A program made the translations under genes and the position numbers. Below are positions 30,716 through 41,567 of a DNA stretch of 64,000 nucleotides, piece after piece (position 1 is the first letter of the stretch; each line of letters begins with the position of its first letter). Origin of the DNA: Candidatus Sericytochromatia bacterium (GTDB taxonomy: Bacteria > Cyanobacteriota > Sericytochromatia > UBA7694). The notes beneath the pieces were generated by a model. The model did not search any database. It was not told the origin of the DNA and saw only the letters and a program-made list of their open reading frames with translations. Location: assembly GCA_037968875.1 (NCBI GenBank), contig JBBKWI010000085.1, positions 1,072-65,071 of the forward strand, read 5' to 3'.

Positions 30716-32047
30716 TTGGACCCTGACAGTAGTGGCCAATTGGGTGGCATCATCGTAACCCTCGTTCTTTCGATTTTTTTCTCAGGCTTAATTTCAGCCT
30801 ATGAAGCAGCTCTTTCTCATTTATCTAGCATTCGACTAGAAAAACGAGCAGATGATGGCGATCAGAAATCAGCCTATTTGCTTGAACTCATTCAATCCCC
30901 CCATCAAACCCTGGTGACCCTGATGATATCAGATTGGTTGGCAGATGTAACCGTCCTGGTTCTGGGCTCCTGGTTGATGTTTCATTATGTCGATGCCTGG
31001 TGGAGTGTGCCCCTGGCAATCCTGATCTTAACGCCCAGCCTCTTGATTATGGGCGAAATTATTCCCAAAACTATCGCCACTCATTTTGGTGAGCGCTTTG
31101 TTTATGCCTGGCTACCGCTGCTTAAACTCTTATTGATGGTCTTTTCTTTGCCTGTGCGCTCGTTGTCTTTTATTACCCGGCCTTTATTGGAATCGGTGGG
31201 CTCAGGTCTGGGGCAGATTGTGCCTGATTTCACCGAAGATGAGATTCTGCAAATGGTCAATATGAGTGGTAATACAGGATTGCTGGATAAAGACGAAACT
31301 GAGTTGGTACAACATGCTTTAACCTTTGATGATACGCCCGCTAGCGCTGTCTTAAGCCCTCGCGTGGATATGGTCTGTGTCGAAGATACGGCCTCTCTCA
31401 AAGATGCCCTTGAAATCATGGCTGGCGTTGAAGGCTATTCACGATTGCCCGTCTACCGTGACAATCTCGATAATATTGTGGGTCTGGTCTATATCAAAGA
31501 TTTGGTGCGGATCCAACAAATGCAGCCGGAGCGTATTTCAGAGCCTGTCAGTGCCCATTTAAGAAAGGTACATCACATCCATGAATACCAATCGATTGAT
31601 GTGGTACTCAAAGAGATGCAAGCGCGTCGTATGTCGCTCTTTATGGTGACGGACGAATATGGTGGCACGGTTGGCTTGATCACGATGGAAGACTTGCTCG
31701 AAGAAATTGTAGGCGAGATCCATGACGAGTTTGATCATGATGAAGAAGAGCCGATCCAAACCATTGACAACCATACTTTATTGGTAGATGCGCGGGTGAC
31801 CGTGACCGAAGTGAATGAATTGCTGGATTTAAATTTACCCAATTCGCAATCAATTGCTGGTTTGGTTTTTAGTACTTTAGGCGAAGCTCCCAAAGCAGAC
31901 CAGATCCTTCAAATTGATCAGGTGCAATTGCATGTGGTTGAAATGGATGGCATTCGAATCATGCGGGTTCGTATTCATAAACTGACCGAAGCTGAGTGCA
32001 AAGCACTGGACCAGGAATTAGATACTAGTCCCCAGAGCTTAAGTTAA
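30716..32047 (+). CDS. CNNM/HlyC-family transporter-associated protein (DUF21 – CBS pair – CorC_HlyC)
   Basis: ORF of 443 aa with N-terminal transmembrane segments, tandem CBS domains and a C-terminal CorC/HlyC domain. The start is a TTG with AAGGAG upstream. Confidence 0.7.
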   Translation: MDPDSSGQLGGIIVTLVLSIFFSGLISAYEAALSHLSSIRLEKRADDGDQKSAYLLELIQSPHQTLVTLMISDWLADVTVLVLGSWLMFHYVDAWWSVPLAILILTPSLLIMGEIIPKTIATHFGERFVYAWLPLLKLLLMVFSLPVRSLSFITRPLLESVGSGLGQIVPDFTEDEILQMVNMSGNTGLLDKDETELVQHALTFDDTPASAVLSPRVDMVCVEDTASLKDALEIMAGVEGYSRLPVYRDNLDNIVGLVYIKDLVRIQQMQPERISEPVSAHLRKVHHIHEYQSIDVVLKEMQARRMSLFMVTDEYGGTVGLITMEDLLEEIVGEIHDEFDHDEEEPIQTIDNHTLLVDARVTVTEVNELLDLNLPNSQSIAGLVFSTLGEAPKADQILQIDQVQLHVVEMDGIRIMRVRIHKLTEAECKALDQELDTSPQSLS

Positions 32048-32158
32048 CCCCCCTTTTACTAGTGTTCTAACTTGCCACAATCATTGGCAACGAATGTTTG
32101 AACCCGGAGACTGACTCTGGGTTATACTGCCAGTATTATTAACATTTGAGGTAAGACA

Positions 32159-33076
32159 ATGCAAAAAGGACAAACGGTTTCAATTATCGGTGCGCCTTTA
32201 GATTTGGGCGCAGGCCACCGGGGCGTGGATGCAGGGCCTTCTGCTTTTCGGATTGCCGGTCTCGAGCAAGCGATCACAGCAATGGGTTACCCTGTGATTG
32301 ACGAGGGCAATATTGCGGTCGATATTCCTGAGTCATTGCATGTTGGTGAAAGCAATGCCAAGTTTTTAGAAGAAATTACCAAGGCTTGTGATGCTCAGGC
32401 CAGAAAAGTTGCTGAAGTCCTGGCCCAGGGACATTTCCCTCTGGTACTGGGAGGCGATCACAGTATTGCAATCGGTACGATTGCGGGCATGAGCCAGCAT
32501 TACCGCGAGCAGAACCAGAGCATAGGCGTGATTTGGGTTGATGCCCATGCGGATATGAATACCCCGGATACTACCAAAAGTGGCAATATTCACGGGATGC
32601 CCTTGAGTGTTTGTCTGGGCTATGGGGCAGAATCTCTGATCAATCTGGCGGGATTTACGCCCAAAATTAAAGCCGAAAACGTGGTTTTAATTGGGATCCG
32701 AGATCTGGACCTGGAAGAAAAAAAACTAGTCAAAGAAACGGGTGTGAAAACCTTTACCATGACTGATATCGATGAACTGGGCATGCCTGCCGTGATTAAA
32801 GAAGCGATTGCGATTGCTAACACGGGCACCGCAGGTATTCATTTATCATTTGATTTTGATGGCCTCGATCCTGAGGTCGCCCCCGGCGTAGGAACGCCTG
32901 TTAAAGGGGGGATACGTTATCGCGAAGCCCATTTGATTATGGAGAAAATTGCCTTAACGGGTCGACTGATTGGTTTGGAGATGGTGGAACTCAATCCGAT
33001 CTTGGATGTGCGCAACAAAACCGCAGAATTGGGTGTTGGCTTAATTGAGTCTGCTTTTGGTAAACGTATTCTATAA
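32159..33076 (+). CDS. rocF: Arginase (ureohydrolase family)
   Basis: ORF of 305 aa with 'GGDHSIAIG', 'DAHADMNTP' and 'SFDFDGLDP', which are Mn-binding motifs. Confidence 0.8.
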   Translation: MQKGQTVSIIGAPLDLGAGHRGVDAGPSAFRIAGLEQAITAMGYPVIDEGNIAVDIPESLHVGESNAKFLEEITKACDAQARKVAEVLAQGHFPLVLGGDHSIAIGTIAGMSQHYREQNQSIGVIWVDAHADMNTPDTTKSGNIHGMPLSVCLGYGAESLINLAGFTPKIKAENVVLIGIRDLDLEEKKLVKETGVKTFTMTDIDELGMPAVIKEAIAIANTGTAGIHLSFDFDGLDPEVAPGVGTPVKGGIRYREAHLIMEKIALTGRLIGLEMVELNPILDVRNKTAELGVGLIESAFGKRIL

Positions 33077-33102
33077 GCTTTAAGTGTTTTAGACAAAACA
33101 AA

Positions 33103-33132
33103 GAGGCCCTGACTCAAGTGAGTCAGGGCCTC
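33103..33132. terminator. Bidirectional intrinsic terminator between convergent genes
   Basis: Perfect 12-bp stem GAGGCCCTGACT / AGTCAGGGCCTC with a 6-nt loop. It is T-rich downstream on the minus-strand reading (TTTGTTTTGTCT) and weaker on the plus strand. Confidence 0.5.
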
Positions 33133-33154
33133 TTCAATTATCTGTTATTTAGGT

Positions 33155-33766
33155 TTAAGCTTTAGAGAACTTCAGGGTGGTGCTGCCACGATCCTGTAAT
33201 TCTTGTTGCAGGCTGGGCTGAACGACGTCGACTTCAAAGTAGCCAGAGCTGCCGGCACGCACGGTGAGTTTTTCAACTTCTCCGCCCTTACCCATTTCAA
33301 AGACGGTGGTAGTACCTGACTGAGTATAGGTGCCAATAACTTCTACAGTACGATTATTTTTAAAATCTATTGTTTTGAAGCTAACGCGATTGGCATCAAG
33401 ACGAATGGCTTCGACAATCAGGTGATGAGAAGCAATTGCAAATTCGAGTTTGAAAGCATCTGGGGTGATATTGTGGACCATGCCGTCACCTTTATACCAG
33501 AGGGGGCCTTTGACTTTCAGTTTGTCGCCATTTTTGAAGCCAGAGACTGCAACCAGTGGGGCCGTTGCGCGAGGGGCGTTAAAGGCTTGCAGGGGGCCAG
33601 CAGGGCCACGGTTTGCCAAAATGGGAGTGGACTGACAAGCACTCAATAATAAAGCAGAACCTATAGTGAATAAAGCAAGTGTTTTTGACTGACGCATAAC
33701 GAACCTCTTATCTGAATTTAAACCAATCTTAATCTTTATGTTATCCTTTAGCAGCGCTGTTGTCAA
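33155..33766 (-). CDS. Hypothetical lipoprotein
   Basis: ORF of 203 aa with a signal peptide and the lipobox 'LLLSAC'. Confidence 0.4.
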   Translation of the reverse strand: MTTALLKDNIKIKIGLNSDKRFVMRQSKTLALFTIGSALLLSACQSTPILANRGPAGPLQAFNAPRATAPLVAVSGFKNGDKLKVKGPLWYKGDGMVHNITPDAFKLEFAIASHHLIVEAIRLDANRVSFKTIDFKNNRTVEVIGTYTQSGTTTVFEMGKGGEVEKLTVRAGSSGYFEVDVVQPSLQQELQDRGSTTLKFSKA

Positions 33767-33856
33767 TCCCCGCTCAGGTTATTTTGGCTGTAAATGATCG
33801 AAATTGAACGATAATAGCACTCGAAAATAAGGCTTTAGCCCAGAAAGTGGTCCATC

Positions 33857-35488
33857 ATGAACGATGCTTATCAATATCAGAATGGTTTTCATGTGCTTAA
33901 ATTGCAAGGCTCAGAAACAGAAATGGGCTATCAACATGGCAAACTCTTACGCACAGCGATTCAGGCCGGTGCGATTCCTTATTTTAAAGAATACCTGCCG
34001 CGTGTTTTGCAGCCCAGCCTGGGCAAACAAGGAGCTAAAGCATTACAGCAAATGCTTTATCAAACGACGGGTAAGCGTCTTTTAAAGGCCTTTCCAGACT
34101 ATTTTCGCGAACATATGCGGGCCCTGGCTGAAGGCGCAGATCTCAAAGAGCAAGATGTCGCTCAGGCCTTTGTTTTGCCTGATCTGTTTCTGTGGCTTGT
34201 CTCCAAAAGCAATGGCCGCCATTTAGATTTAGCCCCAACCCTGGGCTGTTCGACAGCTTTTGCTCAGGGAGAAGCTAGCCAGGGCACAATGTTACATGCT
34301 CGTAATCTGGACTATATGGGTGTCGGACATTGGGATGCACAACAGGCGATTCTTTTCCACAAACCCGATCAGGGCATGCCTTTTGTCTCTATTAGTAGTG
34401 CCGGTGTGCCACTCGGTGGCATTACTTCGATGAATCAGGCCGGTTTGACTTTGGCGGTGCATCAGCATTTGTCTTGCTTAAATATCAAATTGGGGGGGAC
34501 GCCGATTGGGATCGCGGGAGATCAGGTCATGCGCTATGCCAGCACCCTGGCAGAAGCCGTTCAGATTTTAGATCGCTACCCGCCCAATGTTTGCTGGACC
34601 TATCTGATTGCTTCAGCTGAAGAAAATGCCCTGCTGTGTTATGAAACCACAGGCACTGCTTCTCGTTGGTTTATTGAGCGTGGCGAACGCTTTGCCTATA
34701 CCAATTTTTATCTTGATCCCGAATTACAAGCTCAGGAAACCCATCTCTACCCCAGTCAGTGGCGCTCAAATTTGGGGCGTTACCAGACGATTTGCCAGAC
34801 CCTTGAAAGCCAATCCGGTCAGATTGATGCCAATACAATGGCGAGTGTCCTGGCCAGTCCGGGGCACAAAAATTGCCGTCTGGCACAGCCCTTATCGATG
34901 TTATTTACGGTCTCGTCTGTGGTGTTTGAGCCTCAGGCTCGCCGTTTTTATGTGGCAAATGGACCCGCACCGACTTCTCAGCGGCTCTATTGGGGCTTTG
35001 ACCTGGCCACAGAGTCTGCACTCGATCTTCCCGCTCTGACGGGGGGGCTGGCTGACCCAGAAGCGGATCGGGCCTTCTCAGCTTATCGTCAGGCCTATAT
35101 TTATTGGTTTGAGCAGCGTAATAAGGTCCAGGCTCTGCTGGCAATGGAGCAAGCTGCGGAACTGGCACCGCGAGAGTCGATTTATGCTTATATGGCGGGT
35201 TTAATAGCTTTAGATAAACAGTCGCCTGACCTGGCCATTCATTGGCTCAACAAAGCACTTAACCTCGGCCACCCGGATCCCCAACGCTGTAGTGCTTTTC
35301 GTTTGTGGCGGGCCCGCGCTTATGATTTATTGGGCTTGCGCAAACAAGCGCGAGCGGATTATCAGCAGATCAGCGGGCAAACAGCGGATATACGTGTCAG
35401 TAAAGCTGCTCAAAAAGGCCTGGCTCAGGCCTGGCGCTGGCGTGCGCTTAGTATTGAATTTAACTATGCCGACCTGATGGCTGCCTGA
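33857..35488 (+). CDS. C45-family (acyl-CoA:6-APA acyltransferase-like) N-terminal nucleophile hydrolase with C-terminal TPR-like repeats
   Basis: ORF of 543 aa. 'TLGCSTAFAQG' resembles the autoproteolytic Gly-Cys site, and the C-terminal helical repeats look TPR-like. Confidence 0.5.
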   Translation: MNDAYQYQNGFHVLKLQGSETEMGYQHGKLLRTAIQAGAIPYFKEYLPRVLQPSLGKQGAKALQQMLYQTTGKRLLKAFPDYFREHMRALAEGADLKEQDVAQAFVLPDLFLWLVSKSNGRHLDLAPTLGCSTAFAQGEASQGTMLHARNLDYMGVGHWDAQQAILFHKPDQGMPFVSISSAGVPLGGITSMNQAGLTLAVHQHLSCLNIKLGGTPIGIAGDQVMRYASTLAEAVQILDRYPPNVCWTYLIASAEENALLCYETTGTASRWFIERGERFAYTNFYLDPELQAQETHLYPSQWRSNLGRYQTICQTLESQSGQIDANTMASVLASPGHKNCRLAQPLSMLFTVSSVVFEPQARRFYVANGPAPTSQRLYWGFDLATESALDLPALTGGLADPEADRAFSAYRQAYIYWFEQRNKVQALLAMEQAAELAPRESIYAYMAGLIALDKQSPDLAIHWLNKALNLGHPDPQRCSAFRLWRARAYDLLGLRKQARADYQQISGQTADIRVSKAAQKGLAQAWRWRALSIEFNYADLMAA

Positions 35489-35561
35489 TCTGAGTTTAGG
35501 TTTTATAGTATCGTCGCCTCAGACGCGCGTTGATTTCAGTACGCGTCTGAGTGATTGGCTG

Positions 35562-35933
35562 CTAGTTGCCGGTGTCGTAGAAAAACTCTTCACGAACGAT
35601 CTTGCCATTACTAACGGTAAACAGACCCATTTCGTCCATGGTCATTCTGTTTCCTGAAGGCTTGTGCGTGACATCATAATTGAAGCCAACGATGAAATTG
35701 TCTCCATTGGGCCAGGGGCCGGTCACAGAAGCCGAATGAATTTCGTGATTGGCAAACCACCACTCACCTTTTGCTTTGAGGGCAGCGAGTCCTTTGGCTT
35801 CTTGCTCTGCACCAGGCATTGCCATGGCTTCTATACTGATGGCATCTTCCGCATATAGAGTGTTTAATGCTTCATCATTTTTGCCTTGTTGACAAAGTTC
35901 CACCAGTTGTTTTGCAATTTCCATTGTCGTCAT
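35562..35933 (-). CDS. SnoaL/NTF2-like small protein
   Basis: ORF of 123 aa. Its size and pattern are compatible with an NTF2 fold, but this is weak. Confidence 0.4.
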   Translation of the reverse strand: MTTMEIAKQLVELCQQGKNDEALNTLYAEDAISIEAMAMPGAEQEAKGLAALKAKGEWWFANHEIHSASVTGPWPNGDNFIVGFNYDVTHKPSGNRMTMDEMGLFTVSNGKIVREEFFYDTGN

Positions 35934-36085
35934 AAGAATTTCCTCTAGGTATTTATGTATGCAGGCGTATGCCTGACATTCACTTTACAGTACCTGTAAC
36001 GATTCAGCAAGGTCTAAGTTGAAAAGCCAAATAAGATTAGATAAACACGTATTTGCGTCAATAAACCGCCGAATTTTGAGCTGAA

Positions 36086-37780
36086 TTAAGTTTCAAGGGT
36101 GTCGGTGGTTAATTTGGTGTCCATTAAGACATAAATTACGGTGGCGGCGGCTTCGCGCAGATTAATCGTTTTGATGCCCAGGTTCTCAAAGACTTCTCGG
36201 CCCTTGACATCATTGATAACAGAAATCATCTGAATTTCGGGCTTCATGCGTTTTACAATCTGACAAACGCGTAAATTCAACCAATCATCGTCTGAGGTCG
36301 CAATGATTGTGGAAATATGTTGGGCATGATTCAGTTTGGTCTTATAAATATTTTCGTTGCGGGCATCCGCTTTGATAATGTAGACGCCTTCATGAGCCAG
36401 GGGCTGCAATTCTTCAACAGTTTTTTCGTCATTGTCGATCACAATAATGCCTTCGGTTTGGCTGTCTTTGAGTTGGTAAATTAATTTTTTACCGATCGTG
36501 CCCGCGCCTATAATCAAGACTGAGTCGGGGGCGATATCCAATAATTCTGCCATATAACGTGCTCCAGATCCTTGTATTACTACGGTCATTAAAATAGTCA
36601 TGAACACCAGACCGCGAATGGTATTGCTGCCGTCGATACCGAGGGTGTCCATCTCCAGGGCAAAAAAGGTCGCAGCAGACGCGGCGACAATCCCACGTGG
36701 CCCCAAAGAGGCGATGAAGACCCGCTCCCGCCAGGAGATTTTATCAAATAAGGTCGATAAAAAGACGCCGATGGGTCGAATCACGACCATCAATAATAAG
36801 ACGCATATAGCACCATTGATGCCAATACTGGCCAGGTATTTGATATCCAAACTGGCTGAAAGCAATAAGAAGACGACCGTTATCGAAAGGAGAGTCAGAT
36901 CCCCTTTGAATTCTTTGATCGAATGTTTGTGCGGAAAGTCTGTATTGCCAATAATAAAACCGGCGACAGCAACAGCGGCAATGCCGCCTTCATGAACCAG
37001 GAATTCGCCGAGGGTATACGCTGACAGGGTCGTAGCCAAGACCAGTAGGCGGGTGACTTCACCTCGGGGGGAGTAGAGTTTAACAATTTGGCGTGCGCCC
37101 CAGGCACAAATGCCTCCGGATACGCCGCCTTTAACCAGGGCCAATAAGATATTGCCAAAGATATCCATATTGGCGGCATCAAAGTTGGCTTGCTCTGTGG
37201 CGACGACATAATTAAAAATACTGACGGCGACGATCACGCCAATGGCGTCGACCAGAACCGCTTCGGTTTCGAGAATGGCTTTGACTTTTTGTCGGACTTG
37301 AATGCGTCGTAAAATCGGTGAAATAACTGTCGGACCTGTGACCGAAACCAGGCTTGCATAGAGCAGTGAGATTTTCCATTCCACCCCGACAATATGGAAG
37401 GTGACCCAGGCGGTGCCCAGGATGGTTACAAAGACATTGACGGTACCCAGACCTAAGACCGTGACCCAGTTTTGCTTAAAGAGCTTAATATCAATTAATA
37501 AGCCTCCTTCAAAAACAACGATGGCCACGGCCACTGCTATGATCGCCCTGAGCCCGTTGGACCCATAGATATCCGGGTTAATTAAGTTGAGTCCGTATTT
37601 ACCTAGCAAGGAGCCAAACAACAGCAAAAATATAATTGCTGGAATTGAGGTGCGATCCGAAAGGATTTGGGCGACCAGACCCACCATAAATAGGAGCGCT
37701 GTTGTGAGAACCAGAAGCAATGCTGGATAATGATGAAACTTATCGCTGAGCATTTCTCCGATGAGTGTAATGATTTCCAT
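36086..37780 (-). CDS. CPA1-family Na+/H+ (cation/proton) antiporter with a C-terminal TrkA-N (RCK) domain
   Basis: ORF of 564 aa with about 12 transmembrane segments, followed by 'VLIIGAGTIGKKL', a Rossmann NAD-binding RCK domain. Confidence 0.75.
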   Translation of the reverse strand: MEIITLIGEMLSDKFHHYPALLLVLTTALLFMVGLVAQILSDRTSIPAIIFLLLFGSLLGKYGLNLINPDIYGSNGLRAIIAVAVAIVVFEGGLLIDIKLFKQNWVTVLGLGTVNVFVTILGTAWVTFHIVGVEWKISLLYASLVSVTGPTVISPILRRIQVRQKVKAILETEAVLVDAIGVIVAVSIFNYVVATEQANFDAANMDIFGNILLALVKGGVSGGICAWGARQIVKLYSPRGEVTRLLVLATTLSAYTLGEFLVHEGGIAAVAVAGFIIGNTDFPHKHSIKEFKGDLTLLSITVVFLLLSASLDIKYLASIGINGAICVLLLMVVIRPIGVFLSTLFDKISWRERVFIASLGPRGIVAASAATFFALEMDTLGIDGSNTIRGLVFMTILMTVVIQGSGARYMAELLDIAPDSVLIIGAGTIGKKLIYQLKDSQTEGIIVIDNDEKTVEELQPLAHEGVYIIKADARNENIYKTKLNHAQHISTIIATSDDDWLNLRVCQIVKRMKPEIQMISVINDVKGREVFENLGIKTINLREAAATVIYVLMDTKLTTDTLET

Positions 37781-38038
37781 AGGCCTGTTTGTTCAATTTG
37801 ATTAAGTTTGCTAACAGTATTACATGTGAATAGTGCTTGCAGAACAGTTTGGCAGCTATTTTTAGCGAAAATTAAATGTGATCTGTCGTCTGGCTTGGGG
37901 TCAAATTTCTTTTAATATTGTAATTTTGGTTATTGAAGGGTCATCTTCCCTTCATAAAGCTATGTTACAAATAGAATAGACCAGATAGCTACTCAAGGAT
38001 TTATTTAAATCCACTGGTTAGCCCATCAAAACTCTAGC

Positions 38039-38067
38039 AAGGCCCTTGTGGCCTTTTTTCTTTTTTT
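38039..38067 (+). terminator. Plus-strand intrinsic-terminator-like hairpin in a 320-bp intergenic region
   Basis: AAGGCC-CTTGT-GGCCTT followed by TTTTCTTTTTTT. There is no plus-strand ORF upstream. Confidence 0.35.
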
Positions 38068-38099
38068 GGTTTTTTCGCCACGCGCTTGCGTCTGCAAGT

Positions 38100-40049
38100 T
38101 CAGCTTGAGGGCGCTTCTGTGACTGAGACCGGGGCTGCCGCTGAGGCTGCCGGTCGGACCATGGCACGATAGCGCTTGATCTCGCGGTCAGTTACTTTAT
38201 TTCCACGTGAGGCGACAGATTTCAATCTCATTTTCGAAAAATCCACCAATTGCTCATTGACCCTTGCCCGTGCCTTGGGCTCGAAAGTGAGCTTAACCAG
38301 CGGTTCGGCTTCAGTAGAGAAAAACAAGAGTTTGCAGCCTTCAGGAATAAAGCGATAATCTTTGTTGAGAATAAATTTATTGACCACAAAGCGCTTCATA
38401 TAGAGGATATCTTGTTCGTCATAGTAGAGCACAGAGGCTTCTGGCAATGCAGATTGCTTGTCCACTTCTAGTAATTTTTCAGAAACAAAGAGCTTTTCCG
38501 GGATTTCTATGACGCGATAAGCACCGCTTGCTAAAAAGAGCAGTAATTTATCAAAGCTGGAGCAGAGAATCGGCGTCTCGCTGCGAATACTGCTACCTAA
38601 GTATTGGTTCTCAGCATTAAATCCGACTTTGAGATCTTGTACGGCGACTTCTGTCACATCGACGGTGTCAAAGGCTTTAAGCGTCGTACGTCGTGGATAA
38701 AGTGATCCGTATTTTTTGATCAATTGCTTCAGATAGCGCACGGCGTATTCGGTCAACTGATTTAAATGCTTACGCAATTCGTCCATTTGCTCTGACAATT
38801 GCGCCAGTTCAGCCTGGGCTTTTTTGGAGTCAAAGCGAGTCAGGCGCCGAATCGGGATATTGAGAAGTTTGTCCAGGCTGGCATCTGGGATGGGGGTGAA
38901 TTGTTCATCTAGCATCGGCTCCAGCGTCTGAATTAGCATGGCCTTGAGGGATGGTAAATCATCAGCTTCTTCGAGCAATTGATAGATTTTGTTTTCGATA
39001 AAAATCTGAGCCAGCACCAGATCGCGGTACTTGCGCAGCAGTTTTGCGAGCTTCATGTTTAGCTCGTTCTCTAAGGTGGTCTTGAGCTGAATCGTATTGG
39101 CTTCCAGAATCTGGTGCACAGACATTTCGCGCGGTTGCTGCTCAAAAATAACCATTGGGTTGAGCACCATCGAGGTTTCGCAGTCCGTATACAAGAAGAG
39201 TCTGGGCAGAATGTCTTCGGCCTGGGTACCATGGCCCAGCTTTAGCTCGATTTCGACAAATTCGGTGGTGTAATCATTGATCGAGGCAATCTTGAGCTTG
39301 CCTTTGTGGATCGCATTTTCAATCGACGTAATCAGGGTCTCGGTATTGGTTCCATACGGGGTTTCTTGAATCAACAGCGTTTTATTGTCTTTGATCTCGA
39401 TTTGGGCGCGAATCCGCACCCGGCCTTTGCCTTGCTGATAGGTCGAGACGTCCAATTGGCCGCCTTGCAAAAAGTCAGGGAAAATTTCGAAATCCTGGCC
39501 TTTGAGGATCGCGATCTGGGCTTCGAGCAATTCCACGAAATTATGGGGCAAGATCTTAGTGGAGAGCCCAACGGCGATGCCTTCGACACCGGTCATTAAG
39601 AGCAGCGGCAGCTTATTGGGCAAATAGACCGGCTCGCGGTTACGGCCGTCATAAGAATCAACGAACTCTGTAATTTCTGCGTCAAAGAGGGTTTCGCGAG
39701 CCAAGGGGCTCAAACGACACTCAATATATCGGGCCGCAGAGGCCGGGTCGCCGGTCAGAATATTACCGAAATTGCCCTGCTGATCGATTAAGTAGGTTTT
39801 TTGGGCCATATTGACCAGAGCGGATTCAATACTGGCGTCACCGTGAGGGTGGTAGCGCATGGTGTGGCCGACAATATTGGCGACCTTGTGAAACTTGCCG
39901 TCATCGACTTCGTGTAAGGTGTGCAAAATGCGGCGTTGAACCGGTTTCAGTCCGTCTTCGACAAAGGGAATCGCCCGGTCTTTGATAACATACGAGGCGT
40001 ATTCGATAAAATTGGAATCCATGAGTTGTTTAAGTGCGGTTTCAGTCAT
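38100..40049 (-). CDS. parC: Type IIA topoisomerase subunit A (ParC/GyrA-like; short form)
   Basis: ORF of 649 aa with 'DGLKPVQRRIL', 'HPHGD' and the catalytic 'AARYIECRL' region. It lacks the long C-terminal beta-pinwheel of canonical GyrA. Confidence 0.7.
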   Translation of the reverse strand: MTETALKQLMDSNFIEYASYVIKDRAIPFVEDGLKPVQRRILHTLHEVDDGKFHKVANIVGHTMRYHPHGDASIESALVNMAQKTYLIDQQGNFGNILTGDPASAARYIECRLSPLARETLFDAEITEFVDSYDGRNREPVYLPNKLPLLLMTGVEGIAVGLSTKILPHNFVELLEAQIAILKGQDFEIFPDFLQGGQLDVSTYQQGKGRVRIRAQIEIKDNKTLLIQETPYGTNTETLITSIENAIHKGKLKIASINDYTTEFVEIELKLGHGTQAEDILPRLFLYTDCETSMVLNPMVIFEQQPREMSVHQILEANTIQLKTTLENELNMKLAKLLRKYRDLVLAQIFIENKIYQLLEEADDLPSLKAMLIQTLEPMLDEQFTPIPDASLDKLLNIPIRRLTRFDSKKAQAELAQLSEQMDELRKHLNQLTEYAVRYLKQLIKKYGSLYPRRTTLKAFDTVDVTEVAVQDLKVGFNAENQYLGSSIRSETPILCSSFDKLLLFLASGAYRVIEIPEKLFVSEKLLEVDKQSALPEASVLYYDEQDILYMKRFVVNKFILNKDYRFIPEGCKLLFFSTEAEPLVKLTFEPKARARVNEQLVDFSKMRLKSVASRGNKVTDREIKRYRAMVRPAASAAAPVSVTEAPSS

Positions 40050-40304
40050 GCTTTAAATTATACACCATCATACGGTTTGCTTAAAATGAAAGGTCCCCAG
40101 TTCTTTGTTTTAAAGACCAGATAACGAGAACTGAGGACCAATTAGCTTGGCCTATTGTAACTCAGTCAGTGGGCCGACCCCAATGTGATCCAGCAAAATC
40201 GATTTAAATTCGATTGCTTACGCTCTCTGCGCCGAATGTTATACTGTGCTCACGCTTTCAGTCTGAGCGTATCCACCCCATTTATTTTTAATGTGAGCGA
40301 CCCC

Positions 40305-40943
40305 ATGAAAAAGTTTAAGATCACTGCCGAAAAACGAGATATTGAAGATCTACAGCTCAAGGCAATTTTGTCAGATAAAAATCTGCTGCATAATGTCTTA
40401 CTGCGTTATGTACACTTGCCTCTGGGCTTGCTTGTGGCTGCCCTGAGCCTCTTGGCGATTCAATTTGCCTATGGTAGCGTACTTATTCCTGAAACGGTCT
40501 TGTTTTGTTTCCAAAGCATTGCCGGGGTGGCCTTTTTCTATAGCTATAAAAATTACCGTTCCTTTCAGGAGCACCGCCATCAATTGCATGACGTCATCAA
40601 TGGCTTTGTGGGCTTAGGGGTCTTTCCGGTTATGTTTCTGATGCTCTTTCTTTACGTCGCTTTGCCTCTGGGCATGCTCGATATCAGCTTAAGCCTGGCC
40701 TTTGTGTTTTTAACGGTTGTGCATCATCTCAAGGTCAGCCGCCAAAGCCAACATGGCCCGATGGATGCCCTGGCCTATAGCCTCTGCCTAACCATCCTGG
40801 TGAGCCTGCCTTTGTTTGGTCCCAATGCAGTCCTGGCCTGGCCAGGTGCACTGGTGATGGCGATTTCAGGCGTGGGCTTTGCAGCCCTGGCGATGATCTT
40901 TAAAAAAGAGTTGTACTTGAAAGACAATACGCTGCACGCTTAG
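40305..40943 (+). CDS. Hypothetical polytopic membrane protein
   Basis: The ORF track begins at 40185; the ATG at 40305 ('MKKFKI') is the more plausible start. It has about 6 transmembrane segments. Confidence 0.35.
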   Translation: MKKFKITAEKRDIEDLQLKAILSDKNLLHNVLLRYVHLPLGLLVAALSLLAIQFAYGSVLIPETVLFCFQSIAGVAFFYSYKNYRSFQEHRHQLHDVINGFVGLGVFPVMFLMLFLYVALPLGMLDISLSLAFVFLTVVHHLKVSRQSQHGPMDALAYSLCLTILVSLPLFGPNAVLAWPGALVMAISGVGFAALAMIFKKELYLKDNTLHA

Positions 40944-41015
40944 TTAAGCCCGCGATCCAAGCTTGAATGGCTTGTTACAACGCTTCAACTTATAAAAAGA
41001 ATAAGAGATGCGCTT

Positions 41016-41528
41016 ATGAATTCAATCGAAGACACAAAATCATACAAAAGTGCCTGGCAGTCTGTCGGCTGTATAATGGGGCCCTTTTTCTTGATTGGGC
41101 TCTTGTATCTTTTTGTGCAGGTTCGTGATACCTATCAATATATTCAACAGTCTTCAGCGATTGTGGGGACCATCGAAAAATGGGAGCCGCAGATGGTTTT
41201 CGATGAAGATGGGGGTTATCATGTTTACGTTGTCCATGTCAGGTTTCAGGATACTAGTGGCAGTACCCTGACTAAAAAAATGCCTAGCGATTTTGATATG
41301 GATGTTTCAGAGCTACAGGTTGGCCTTCAGCCTGATTTACCGGCGACAGGAACCCAGGTTGATATTCTCTATAATCCCACGAAGAGCCCCCCTGAGATTC
41401 GTTTAAACCATTGGGCATCCATCTGGAAAAGCACTCTGATCGCTGGGGTGCTCCTGTTGATCATCTTAATGGTGGCTGTATGGATGATGAGTCTGGAAAC
41501 CAAAAAATCACAGGCTAAAGCGACTTAA
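41016..41528 (+). CDS. DUF3592-like membrane protein
   Basis: ORF of 170 aa with an N-terminal transmembrane segment, a beta-rich middle and a C-terminal transmembrane segment. Confidence 0.4.
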   Translation: MNSIEDTKSYKSAWQSVGCIMGPFFLIGLLYLFVQVRDTYQYIQQSSAIVGTIEKWEPQMVFDEDGGYHVYVVHVRFQDTSGSTLTKKMPSDFDMDVSELQVGLQPDLPATGTQVDILYNPTKSPPEIRLNHWASIWKSTLIAGVLLLIILMVAVWMMSLETKKSQAKAT

Positions 41529-41567
41529 TTCACTCTGGCTACACTTTCAGGACTTCTATATTGCCCG

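Noticed and set aside
35955-35975. The palindrome CAGGC-GTAT-GCCTG upstream of the NTF2-like gene as another operator
   Set aside because: It is a single occurrence with no second copy in the window and no cognate regulator nearby. I note it only.
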